Origin: Spirochaetia bacterium
GTDB taxonomy: Bacteria > Spirochaetota > Spirochaetia > SP-2023
Assembly (NCBI GenBank): GCA_965225855.1
Contig: CBDDCK010000005.1
Coordinates: forward strand, 224,001 to 288,000
DNA length: 64,000 bases
Direction of reading: 5' to 3'
Of this stretch, positions 52,275 through 64,000 are shown one piece after another. The notes under the pieces were generated by a model that did no database searches, was not told the DNA's origin, and was given only the letters and a program-made list of their open reading frames with translations. How positions within the stretch are numbered: the first letter of the stretch is position 1; every line of letters starts with the position of its first letter. A program made the translations under genes and the position numbers.

Positions 52275-53975
52275 TTAGAAGGTATTTTCTTTTAACGGCG
52301 GAATAACAAAGCGTTGGCCTGGATAGATTAGACTGGGATTACTAATGATATTGCGGTTGCGCTGGTAAATTCGCGTCCATTGGTAAGGGTCAGCATAAAT
52401 ATATTCATAGCCTGCAATGCGCCAAAGACAATCTTCCGGTTTGAGCTTGCGTACAACATAGTGGTCTTGTATAGCAAACTGAATATTGTATTGATCAGTT
52501 AGGCGAGCAGCTTCTTCAAAATAGTGGCGAGCTTTTGGTAAGTTTCCGTTGTTGCGAGAATTTACACCGTTTTTCCAACTACTAATTGCTTGTTTAATCA
52601 ATAATTGGGCATCACTAAATAAGCCTTCTGTTTCCGCTTGGGAATTCTGAGAATCATCATCGACAACATATTCAAACTCTTGTAGTTGCTTTACGTCGTT
52701 TTCTTGTTCATTATTTTGTCCATCTGAATTTGCTTGTTGTTGATTTTGCTCTTCAAGATTTTCTGGCTCTGTATCGTTTGCGCGTTGGGTTACAGCTTGA
52801 ATTTGCCAATCGGCTTGAAAGGACAATGGCTCTAATACTTGTCCTTTAAGGCTAGATATAGCAGTTTTGAGCGAATGAATTTTTTGGGCTTGCTGGCTTA
52901 GTTTCTGCTGAAAGTCATTACTAACTTGGGGGGACTGTAACTTTGATCGATCGCGGCTGCGCCGGCCCGTAGCTTCGGGTTTGCTTAAATCAACTAAAGG
53001 ATTTTTTTCAAGGTAAGTATCGCCTCGCCATTTTTCGAGGCGAATTTCTTTTCCTTCGGCATCGACTACTGTACGTTCGGAAGCATTTTCTAAATTCTTT
53101 TGCACGCTGCGTAGCAGCGCATCAATATTCGTGGGGTCTAGGGCCCCTGAACTTCGTAAAGCTTCACGCAAATAGTAGCGAGCATCGTAAAGGTCTTGCT
53201 CCATACTTTGCATATCGCCACGAATATCATGCCCTTTAGCACTATTGCGGGCTTTAAGCCCTTGTTGTTCTAATTTTTTGGCAGCTCCTTGTAAATTTTG
53301 ATTTTGGCGACTTGCTTCGCCTGCCAAACCATCAACTTCTTGACTCAATTGGTCCAGCCAATCTAAGTTGGCCTCCAAAGCCGTTATTACGGCATCTACG
53401 TTTGGGATTGTGTATTGATAGAGGGCTAGTGATTCTTCGGTATCACCCGTAGCGATTTTGTTGCGCAATTGTTGTAATAGTTTACTCGAAATAGAGTTAT
53501 ATTTAGGCATATAAAGGGGAGCATTCAATTTTTCTAAATCGGCTTCATATTTGCCAATTACAGTAAGCCATCGGCTGCGCGATTGACTTATTGCCTTTTC
53601 GTATGCTTGATTAGCTTTTTCGATTGCATCTAAATATTGATCTTTTTGAACACCACCATCCTTTTTAGGGTCTTTTTCTTGGCCACTGCGTAGATTTTGG
53701 TAGGCCTGGATGAGTAATTCTGGGCTAAGTTCAGCAGCTTTGGCAGCCTCGGCACGAGCAATTGCTCCTTTAGCTTTTTGTTCTAAGTCTTTGAGCTGCT
53801 GTAGTTCATCAGGCTGATTTTGTTGATCTTGAGCAACCGGCTCTGTTTCTTTCGGCGTAGAACTACATGAATAGAATGAAGTAAAAAACATCGCAAATAG
53901 AATATAAAAATAAGGAACCTGTTTTAGTCGAAATAAATTAGGAGTCCTAATAAGGGCTTGTCTACAAGTATTCAT
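52275..53975 (-). CDS. Coiled-coil lipoprotein with C-terminal LysM domain
   Basis: Lipobox FYSC at C37; DCLWRIAG..W..IY..N...I.NP.LIYPGQ motif. Confidence 0.85.
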   Translation of the reverse strand: MNTCRQALIRTPNLFRLKQVPYFYILFAMFFTSFYSCSSTPKETEPVAQDQQNQPDELQQLKDLEQKAKGAIARAEAAKAAELSPELLIQAYQNLRSGQEKDPKKDGGVQKDQYLDAIEKANQAYEKAISQSRSRWLTVIGKYEADLEKLNAPLYMPKYNSISSKLLQQLRNKIATGDTEESLALYQYTIPNVDAVITALEANLDWLDQLSQEVDGLAGEASRQNQNLQGAAKKLEQQGLKARNSAKGHDIRGDMQSMEQDLYDARYYLREALRSSGALDPTNIDALLRSVQKNLENASERTVVDAEGKEIRLEKWRGDTYLEKNPLVDLSKPEATGRRSRDRSKLQSPQVSNDFQQKLSQQAQKIHSLKTAISSLKGQVLEPLSFQADWQIQAVTQRANDTEPENLEEQNQQQANSDGQNNEQENDVKQLQEFEYVVDDDSQNSQAETEGLFSDAQLLIKQAISSWKNGVNSRNNGNLPKARHYFEEAARLTDQYNIQFAIQDHYVVRKLKPEDCLWRIAGYEYIYADPYQWTRIYQRNRNIISNPSLIYPGQRFVIPPLKENTF

Positions 53976-54231
53976 AAATATCTCCTTAATGAATAGAATG
54001 AAGTAAAAAACATCGCAAATAGAATATAAAAATAGTAACCTGTTTTAATCGAAATAAATTAGGAGTCCTAATAAGGGCTTGTCTACAAGTATATTCATAA
54101 ATATCTCCTTAATGAATAGAATGAAGTAAAAAACATCGCAAATAGAATAAAAAATAGGAACTTGCTTTAATCGAAATAAATTAGGAGTCCTAATAAGGGC
54201 TTGTCTACAAGTATTCATAAATATCTCCTTA
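53867..54231. repeat. Three tandem copies (122/123/120 bp) of RBS plus signal-peptide coding sequence
   Basis: Units at 53867-53988, 53989-54111 and 54112-54231. Confidence 0.95.
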
Positions 54232-54289
54232 TTTTGGTTTGTTCTCTCAATAGCTTATAAACTATGATACAATCAAGTATATAGGTATT

Positions 54290-55861
54290 TTAACGAACCA
54301 ATACTTTTGTGCGCTGTAAAGTATCTAGTTTGAGCCATACCATTTCTTGTTGAAGATTTTCTACCAATACATGAGATTCTGAAAATTGAGGAGGAAAGTC
54401 AAGTTTTAGCTTATCTATTGATTCAGCAAGCAATTCTAATTTTTGATTGAAACGCCCCAGAGTACCATTCTTTAGGAAAGCAAAAATTTCTCCATTATGT
54501 TGCCATACGCCACTGGCAGCATTGATGTTGTCATCACCTTGGTTTTGATAGTTTAGGTCTTTACCTATAAGTACTAAGCGAATCGAGCTATTATTATCTT
54601 TACCCTGTTGTGGTGGGGTTTCTGTAATATTGTATTTTCCTGCGACAGCAACGTAGCCAATATCGTTTGTAACAAACTGCATATTGCGTATTGAATTTAT
54701 TTCCGAACGTTTGACAATTTCCAAACTTTTATTGTTAGCCGCATAAAATTGAAAAAAACGATTATTTATATTTGCCACGGGCAATAGGAAAACTACAGAA
54801 TCGGATAGCAATTCCGCTTGCTCTTTAATTTCCGTTTTAGGAGGCGGTTCTTCTAAGTTTATTTTTCTTTGTTCTTTATTTAGGTTTTCTTGCCTTTGAG
54901 CGATCGTTTGTTGGACAGCTTCAAGTTCATTCTGGCTTTTTTGGTTGTCTTGCAACTGTTCTTTTAACTCTTGTTGTTCTTTTTGTGCAGCTTCACGTAC
55001 TTCCATATTATTGGTTGCAGCTTCTTCTGTTTGCGCGATTTTCAAATTATTTTGCATATCTTTATTTTCCTTTTGAAGTTCGGATTCTTTTTGTTCGAGT
55101 AGTTCTTGATCATTGTTTAATTTTTCCTGCCTAAGGTCAAGCATATTTTCCCGTATATCTTTTGAAGCTTCTTTATCTTTTTCTTGTTCATCAAGGTATT
55201 GAGAAACTTGGTTTTGCCCTGATTCATCTAGGTTTAGGCTAGCAGGTTGCTCTATTATGGGGTTCGCACTTAGCGGAATGATAATTTGGGTTGCACCAGG
55301 CCAATCGGCATAATTGGTACTTAGTCCAATGCTTTCGGCATAAAGTGTGTTGTTTACTTCTGGAGCAAATTTTTGCTGAAAATATTTTGTATTTTGGCGA
55401 TAAAAAGCATTATAGTATGTAATAAACATACTAATCGTATTGGCATCATCACTTGGGTAATTGTAACGCGCTTGTAAATAGCCTGAAATTATGTGGCGCA
55501 AGTTACGGATATGATCGACTCCGGCACTAGAGCTAAAGCTTAGAATATCTGCATCAAGCATTTGTCCACCATCGCTAATGTGTTGAATGGAATATTTACC
55601 TGCGTAGTTTGATGTTCCTTGCTCGTCTAGGTTGGCAAGCTGGGTTCCAATGGCAATAATACTTGCTAGGCTGTCTACCCTATCATGGGGGCCGACATAA
55701 TTTATAAACTCCACCGGCTCAACCGATTCTAGTTCTGCATTGGCTATATTTTGAGTTTGGCTTGGGGCTTGCGTTTCTTGCGTTAGCAGTGTTGTACTGC
55801 TTAATAAAGAAGTTACAAACATTACTGCTATTATCTTCTGTTGGAGAGTCATATTTCCCAT
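54290..55861 (-). CDS. P83/100-family protein
   Basis: VEFINYVGPH, ADILS...GVDHIRNLRHIISGYL, YYNAFYR and DWPGATQIIIP motifs; central charged coiled coil. Confidence 0.8.
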   Translation of the reverse strand: MGNMTLQQKIIAVMFVTSLLSSTTLLTQETQAPSQTQNIANAELESVEPVEFINYVGPHDRVDSLASIIAIGTQLANLDEQGTSNYAGKYSIQHISDGGQMLDADILSFSSSAGVDHIRNLRHIISGYLQARYNYPSDDANTISMFITYYNAFYRQNTKYFQQKFAPEVNNTLYAESIGLSTNYADWPGATQIIIPLSANPIIEQPASLNLDESGQNQVSQYLDEQEKDKEASKDIRENMLDLRQEKLNNDQELLEQKESELQKENKDMQNNLKIAQTEEAATNNMEVREAAQKEQQELKEQLQDNQKSQNELEAVQQTIAQRQENLNKEQRKINLEEPPPKTEIKEQAELLSDSVVFLLPVANINNRFFQFYAANNKSLEIVKRSEINSIRNMQFVTNDIGYVAVAGKYNITETPPQQGKDNNSSIRLVLIGKDLNYQNQGDDNINAASGVWQHNGEIFAFLKNGTLGRFNQKLELLAESIDKLKLDFPPQFSESHVLVENLQQEMVWLKLDTLQRTKVLVR

Positions 55862-56240
55862 AGTAAAGCTTACCTTAATAATTTATGTTAGAATGTAAAT
55901 TTAGAATATTCTGCCAAAAATATTAAAATTCCGCTATCCCTCATTTATTATTTCTCTAACAATTTTAGAATTATTTTCATTTATTTCATATAAAGTATTT
56001 TTACTGAAAGTCTTGGCCTTTTATCAAATTCCATGTGCTGTTACTATATATGGATTTTTAAAAATTATCTCTATTGTATAATGCCTTAAATTTGTATTCA
56101 CTAGCAACAATATAGTTTTGTTAAATATTTAATTTAACATGCATTCTTTAAATATCTAATTTAATAATTGTTTATTAGATATTTTGAATTTGATTATTTA
56201 GATATTTCGTTATTGAAATATGGTTTTTATTGGTAGTTTA

Positions 56241-57335
56241 TTACTTATTAATTCTTTGAATATATTTTATTAAAATATAGGGTAGATATGGTTTAATAGT
56301 GCGCAAATTTTGTTTGATGCGGGCTTTTAATATATTCCATGTATTCCAGTTTGAGACATGCGTTTTGTTGTAATTATTGGGATTGTTTTGTTGCTCTTTT
56401 ACTAGATTTTCTAGTTTAATAATTTGTTGAGGACTAATTTTAAAGGGTAGGCTCTGTTGTTGTAAAAAAGTAATAAGTTCTTTATAAAAATTGGCCCGTT
56501 CTGTATCGTTATCTATACTTTGTAGACCCTGTATAATTTTCTGTTCTATATTTTGGGCCATAGGCAAAGTATCTTGCAAGCAACTTTGTTCATTGGCTAA
56601 ATGATAGACCATCGACAAACTTACCAACATAGAAGATAGTTTTTTTAGGCGAAATTCTTTATTTAGGTTGCGCCACGTTCCAGTACTTCCTTGATTGTGG
56701 AAATATAGTGGCTTTTTCAAAACAGCGATATTTTTGGTGTGTAAAGCTAAAAATAATGCTTGCATATCATCGGTGGCAGCATATAGGGGAACTTTAGGTA
56801 GAGCTGAAGATATCTTTTGACGCAAGCTGGTTTTTACTAAAGTGCCACAATCCACAATGAAATATTCTAGTTGCAGCAAGCTTGGCAACAAAGCATTTTC
56901 TAAGCCTTTGCGGGGTATTGTTATGCCATAATTGTAGCGAAACAATGATTTTCCCTCTGCAATATTTTGGTGTAGGCACATTACAATATCGAAGTCATAC
57001 TGCAGGGCATAATTGTACATTTGTTCAACATAACTTTGGGCCAGATAGTCATCTGCATCTAATACACAACAATATTCGCCTGTAAGCTGTTGAGAATATG
57101 TATTGATGATTTGATATTGTCCAAGGTTTTGCTTTAAATCAATGGCATGGATACGGGAATCTTGGCTAACATAGTGTTTACAAATTTCCCATGTTCCATC
57201 GCTACTACAGTCATTTACAATTAACAAATCCCATTCTGGATCACTTTGTTGTAGTACGCTTTGCAGGCATTTTTCAAGATAATGTTGATAATTATATGCA
57301 GGGATTAAGAATGAAACTTTAGGCATGTTTACCAA
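56241..57335 (-). CDS. Glycosyltransferase family 2
   Basis: IPAYN, VNDCSSD and LDADD motifs. Confidence 0.9.
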   Translation of the reverse strand: MVNMPKVSFLIPAYNYQHYLEKCLQSVLQQSDPEWDLLIVNDCSSDGTWEICKHYVSQDSRIHAIDLKQNLGQYQIINTYSQQLTGEYCCVLDADDYLAQSYVEQMYNYALQYDFDIVMCLHQNIAEGKSLFRYNYGITIPRKGLENALLPSLLQLEYFIVDCGTLVKTSLRQKISSALPKVPLYAATDDMQALFLALHTKNIAVLKKPLYFHNQGSTGTWRNLNKEFRLKKLSSMLVSLSMVYHLANEQSCLQDTLPMAQNIEQKIIQGLQSIDNDTERANFYKELITFLQQQSLPFKISPQQIIKLENLVKEQQNNPNNYNKTHVSNWNTWNILKARIKQNLRTIKPYLPYILIKYIQRINK

Positions 57336-57346
57336 TATATTCTATG

Positions 57347-58366
57347 TTACTTTCTATGGATTGTTAATTGTTGGCGCAGCATTTTTAAAGCCCCAACTGC
57401 GGAGTAGGGCAGTAGCTTTTTGAGTATACGGCGCAACAACCAAAAGGAAGTAAAACCTTGTTGTTTAAATAATCGTTTCATTTGTGTACGTGCTTGTTGG
57501 GACTCGAGTACTTCAATTTTATATACAGGTATTTTATCGAGATATAAGGTTCCATCTAATGGGCTCCATAACTCACCTTTAAAGTGGGTTCCAGCGTCAT
57601 AACCTATATGTACAGCTAGGGCTTTACTAGGGTATAATGTCAACATATCTTGTAAAAACAGTGAGGCATAGAAACGGACACCCCATGAGCTATTGCGCCC
57701 TGCAATCTGATCTCGCAACATTTGGGTATAGGGATAGTGATTTTCATAGTCGAATTTTCGGCTTAATTTGCGCTGGGTTAGCTCTTGCAAAAGTTGTTTA
57801 CCGTTAAAATTGACTTTTTGCCAAACTCTTTGCCAAGTACCCCAAGCAAAATCTCCATTCATTTGGGTAAAGAATAATTCTGGCAGGTTTGGTAGTTCAA
57901 AGACTTGGGCTCGAATAGAACCAACTGCTTCTTCGTTTTGATAGAGTTGCAATGCTTGATTCATAAACTCTAAAAAATATGGATTTAAGAGTACATCATC
58001 TTCTAGTACAATCACTTGATTGTATTGTTCTACAATTTGAGTTACGCCTTTTATTACAGTTTCAGCCAATCCTTTATTTTCGTTTGCTTCAATTATGCGC
58101 ACTTGTTTAAAGGATTTTTGCCAACGTTTTGCCTTAATTAACTGTCGAACTTCTTTTATACGTAGTTCTTCATCACTAAGGGCAGCAGTTGATTCATTAA
58201 AATTTTCTCTATTGTGTTTTAAGGATTTGGGGCCGTCAGCATAAATATACAAGGTACTGCAATTGGCTAACGTATTTTGCGCTAAGGAAGATAACGTTTG
58301 CTCTAAATGTTTGGGGCGATTATAACAAAACAACACGATAGGAGCATAAGCACTGATATTGGCCAT
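57347..58366 (-). CDS. GT-A fold glycosyltransferase
   Basis: APIVLFCYNRP, NKGLA, IVLEDD and WGTW motifs. Confidence 0.85.
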   Translation of the reverse strand: MANISAYAPIVLFCYNRPKHLEQTLSSLAQNTLANCSTLYIYADGPKSLKHNRENFNESTAALSDEELRIKEVRQLIKAKRWQKSFKQVRIIEANENKGLAETVIKGVTQIVEQYNQVIVLEDDVLLNPYFLEFMNQALQLYQNEEAVGSIRAQVFELPNLPELFFTQMNGDFAWGTWQRVWQKVNFNGKQLLQELTQRKLSRKFDYENHYPYTQMLRDQIAGRNSSWGVRFYASLFLQDMLTLYPSKALAVHIGYDAGTHFKGELWSPLDGTLYLDKIPVYKIEVLESQQARTQMKRLFKQQGFTSFWLLRRILKKLLPYSAVGALKMLRQQLTIHRK

Positions 58367-58505
58367 AATGGATTGTATATCTCAGTTTCTAGTTTAATGC
58401 CACAAGCATAGTTACAATGATATTTTATATATCCAGTAAAGCAATTTAAGCTTTGCGATATAATTATTTGCTTTTAGAAATATACAATTATATTGCTCAA
58501 TGCTA

Positions 58506-59327
58506 CTAATCAAGGTATTCCACTTTACTCGCACCCGAAATGCTTCTAATATTATTTTCAGAAATATTACCTTTGTAGCTTAGCTCAGAAGCTCCGCTAA
58601 GTCTACCGCTCAAAATTCCTCCCGCCATTTGCAAATGGGTATCACTGGCCCCAGTAAGTGAAATTTCCGCATTGGTCGTAAGTGCATCGGCTAAATCAAT
58701 TTCACTGGCCCCAGTAGCTTCCAATATCAAGTTTTTTATGATTCCATCGGCTGTGAGCTCAGATGCTCCAGATAATGATATTTGAGCATTCGCCACCTTT
58801 AGATTGCGCAAATTTATGTCGCTAGCACCACTGGCTTGAAATTCTAAGTTGTTTTTAATGGTAGTGTTACTGGTTTCAAGCTCGGAAGCTCCGGAAACCT
58901 TGACTACAATATCTGATTCAGTAAAACCTGAAAATTTTACTTTGCTGGCACCGGAAATTTGAATATTAGTTAAACTGGGCATATAGACCGTTGCATAAGC
59001 AGTTTGCCAATAGTTATATCTACCGTTTAATTCGAATTTTAGAACAGCGTTATTTACATTTCTTTCCTCTAACGTTACAGAAAGGAATTTTTTCAATTTG
59101 GGGTCATAATCTAACTCTAAACCAAAATCTTTGCGCTGAATAATGGTTAGCTCCCATATACGGCCGCTAACTTTAATATGGCGGAAATCTTTTGCATCTT
59201 CGGAATCAATTATTATTCCATTACTTACATTTTGTATTTGTGTAGTGCATTGCAATTGCATTATTATTAGTAACGTTAAAATAATACCTAGCATAGTTAC
59301 CAACAGTTTAGTACTTTTCCTTTTCAT
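58506..59327 (-). CDS. DUF2807/GIN-domain (beta-helix) exported protein
   Basis: Repeated SGAS/TGAS units at ~19-aa spacing; N-terminal signal. Confidence 0.8.
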   Translation of the reverse strand: MKRKSTKLLVTMLGIILTLLIIMQLQCTTQIQNVSNGIIIDSEDAKDFRHIKVSGRIWELTIIQRKDFGLELDYDPKLKKFLSVTLEERNVNNAVLKFELNGRYNYWQTAYATVYMPSLTNIQISGASKVKFSGFTESDIVVKVSGASELETSNTTIKNNLEFQASGASDINLRNLKVANAQISLSGASELTADGIIKNLILEATGASEIDLADALTTNAEISLTGASDTHLQMAGGILSGRLSGASELSYKGNISENNIRSISGASKVEYLD

Positions 59328-59710
59328 TGTTTTTTCTCCTTATTTTTTTCGCTTTGGTATAATTCTATCAATTCATCAATACATATCCCCACTTTTTCCA
59401 TTGTGGCAAAAATGCGGGGAATATCGTCTTTGATAAAGCGTATTTTCAATTCCTGTAGAATTTGCATTTGAGCATTTTCAGAGACAAAATGTCCTCGGCC
59501 TCGGTGGTTTTTTACGATTTGTTTGTCTACTAAAAATTGATAGCTGTGTACTACCGTATTGGGATTTACTTGTAGACTAACCGCTAGCTCTCGAACTGAT
59601 GGCAATTTTTCATTTGATTGGTATTCTCCATTAATAATGCGCTCACATATCTGGTCTGCAATTTGCTGATAAATTCCTTTGGGTTGTTCAAAAGTTTGGT
59701 TAAATGGCAT
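59324..59710 (-). CDS. GntR family (YtrA subfamily) regulator
   Basis: IYQQI and LPSVRELA..VNPNTV motifs; 128 aa. Confidence 0.92.
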   Translation of the reverse strand: MPFNQTFEQPKGIYQQIADQICERIINGEYQSNEKLPSVRELAVSLQVNPNTVVHSYQFLVDKQIVKNHRGRGHFVSENAQMQILQELKIRFIKDDIPRIFATMEKVGICIDELIELYQSEKNKEKKQ

Positions 59711-60530
59711 CGCTACTTTGTATTTCCTGAAAGCGAACCCATGCTAACCACCAACAACAAAGGCCCAACAATATTGATAAAAAAAGGCGTAGTTCATAGT
59801 TTAAAAAGGACGCTAACCAATTAAAATCTATGGTAATTCCTCTGTCTAAGTTAAAACCAGAAAAGAAGAGCATATCTGTTAAGCTTAGTAAAATTCCCAT
59901 GGTAACGACAATTATGATTACGGCTAAAATGGTACGCAGCCAGTGCATTTTTTTGAACCATACGGCACCCAAGAAAAATACTGCTTGAGCTAGAAAAAAT
60001 ATCTCATACCAAATTTGTCCCATAAATTCAAAGTGTTGGATTAATGGTACAGAGCCAAAAATCTGTTCAAAATTTATTCCGTATACTAGCCAAATAGAAA
60101 CACCTATAAGTAAAACAATAAGGCTATAACACAACATAAAGGCCAAAGGGTAAAGTAGGCTTACCGTGAGTAGGCGTACTGTAAATTTTTCTCCAGTAGA
60201 AACAGGAAGAAGGAGAAAGTGTTCATTTTGGGTTTTATCGCCTAGCTCAATAAAAGCACGGCTGGTTACAATTAATAATAATGGAATTCCAATCATTAGC
60301 AGACTAGAACTATAGTCTATTATCTGCTGCGGTTGTGATATGTTATCATACTGCAGTATAATAAAGTATGATCCGCCAAGATAAGAACGAAGTAAAGTAT
60401 AGCCGGCAACGACTAGTATTATGATTATAGCTGACCTCCATATTTCTAATAAGTCTTTTTTTAGAAATAAAATGGCTCGGCGAAAATTAAAATCCAATTG
60501 CATTATTTTTGTTCTCCTATCTTTTTTCAT
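59700..60530 (-). CDS. ABC-2-type permease
   Basis: About 6 TM helices; LLLPVSTGEKF motif; operon context. Confidence 0.75.
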   Translation of the reverse strand: MKKDRRTKIMQLDFNFRRAILFLKKDLLEIWRSAIIIILVVAGYTLLRSYLGGSYFIILQYDNISQPQQIIDYSSSLLMIGIPLLLIVTSRAFIELGDKTQNEHFLLLPVSTGEKFTVRLLTVSLLYPLAFMLCYSLIVLLIGVSIWLVYGINFEQIFGSVPLIQHFEFMGQIWYEIFFLAQAVFFLGAVWFKKMHWLRTILAVIIIVVTMGILLSLTDMLFFSGFNLDRGITIDFNWLASFLNYELRLFLSILLGLCCWWLAWVRFQEIQSSDAI

Positions 60531-61341
60531 TTGTCAATACCGTATTAAAAAGAATTTCTAAGTCCATTAAATTACTTTCTGGACTTTGGCCTTGCCAGAT
60601 AGACCAATAACCATCAATGGTTGCTTCGCTGTATAATAACCCAGGTGATTCCAGTATAGGCTGGGCCTTACTGTGTTTCATATGAAATTGAGTTTCAATT
60701 TCTTCCATACTATGATTAAATATAATTTTACCCTGATGGACAATACAGACGGAATCAACCAAAGCATTGATGTCGCGGACTTGGTGAGTGGAAATAATAA
60801 AACTGCGCTTCGAGCTAGAAGCTTCAATTAGTAAGCGACGAAAAATACTTTTAGATGGAATGTCTAAGCCGTTGGTCGGTTCATCTAATAGCAGAAGTTC
60901 TGTTTTGCTGGCTAAACCAAAGGCCAGCAAAAATTTCTTTTTTTGCCCATAGGAAAAGCGATGGAGCCTCTGATTCAAAGATGGTAATTCTAGTGCTGTA
61001 GAATAATATTTAAAAGCAGTCCAATCAAATTGAGGGTAAAATGGTGCATGAGTTGTTAAATAATTTTGTCCAGAAATGGCGGGCATATGGATTTCTTCAG
61101 AAAGCATAAATAATTTCGATAGCATCGCTGGGCTTCGTTGGGCAGGTGTGCAATCAAAAACTTGTATCATACCCTGCTTAGGAAATAACAACCCACAGAG
61201 CAACTTCATTAAGGTTGATTTCCCCGCGCCATTTAACCCCAGTAAGCCATAAATTTTCCCTGCTTGAATGGAAAGATGTAAATCTTCAAATAAAGTTTTT
61301 TTCCCATAGCAAAAGTCCATATCTTGTATTTTTATCATCAA
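60517..61341 (-). CDS. ABC transporter ATP-binding protein
   Basis: GLNGAGKS, FSYGQKKK and LDEPTNGLD motifs. Confidence 0.92.
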   Translation of the reverse strand: MMIKIQDMDFCYGKKTLFEDLHLSIQAGKIYGLLGLNGAGKSTLMKLLCGLLFPKQGMIQVFDCTPAQRSPAMLSKLFMLSEEIHMPAISGQNYLTTHAPFYPQFDWTAFKYYSTALELPSLNQRLHRFSYGQKKKFLLAFGLASKTELLLLDEPTNGLDIPSKSIFRRLLIEASSSKRSFIISTHQVRDINALVDSVCIVHQGKIIFNHSMEEIETQFHMKHSKAQPILESPGLLYSEATIDGYWSIWQGQSPESNLMDLEILFNTVLTNEKR

Positions 61342-61530
61342 TGACTCCTAAATTGAATTAGTGATCTAGTATAATAGTGTTGTAATAATTTAAGACAAGT
61401 AGATTTTTTATTTATTTTTTATTTTGTGCATGTGAGAATTGTCGGCATGGCTGAGGTTTGCTATTTAAATTTTGTAAAGATAAGCAACTTTATAAAAAAG
61501 TAAGAATTTATGAAAAAAAGTTAATTTTGG

Positions 61531-61597
61531 TTGACAAGGAAAAGAGTGTTTAATATGGTATATTCAGCCTTCCACAGAGAAGGGAGTTCTTTTACAA
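61531..61597 (+). promoter_or_regulatory. rRNA promoter and boxA-like element
   Basis: TTGACA-N17-TATGGT with AT-rich upstream sequence; GTTCTTTTACAA at ~61586. Confidence 0.6.
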
Positions 61598-61622
61598 AAT
61601 AGCGAAGGATAAGCAATAATAT

Positions 61623-64000
<2,378 letters not shown>

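Noticed and set aside
55862..56240. Very AT-rich intergenic region as a replication origin
   Set aside because: No DnaA-box cluster or dnaA/rep gene seen.

Overview
AT-rich chromosomal segment that is very probably from a spirochaete (P83/100 homologue, small Zn-knuckle gene after rho-rpmE, stand-alone 23S rRNA gene). Housekeeping genes: pstSCAB-phoU, map, pnp, rluA-like, ispG, rpmE, rho, htrA-like, ftsH, cca, mnmE, lolA, rodZ-like, pgk, gap, and the start of a 23S rRNA gene. Accessory loci: (i) a phosphonate cluster (sulfatase-like membrane protein, cytidylyltransferase-PEP mutase fusion with a degenerate catalytic-loop motif, Fe-ADH; no ppd in the window); (ii) three copies (two intact, one truncated) of a mosaic surface-lipoprotein cassette with a shared promoter containing a variable poly-C tract and a common upstream breakpoint; (iii) a sugar-ABC/PLP-enzyme operon bracketed by ~125-bp direct repeats; (iv) DKRF-repeat coiled-coil paralogues; (v) several pseudogenes. 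The most unusual signals are six intergenic arrays of palindromic units with a 23-bp period at the borders of these variable loci, and a triplication of exactly the RBS plus signal peptide of a LysM lipoprotein. I found no CRISPR array, tRNA, transposase or recombinase. All family calls come from motif recognition, not database searches.
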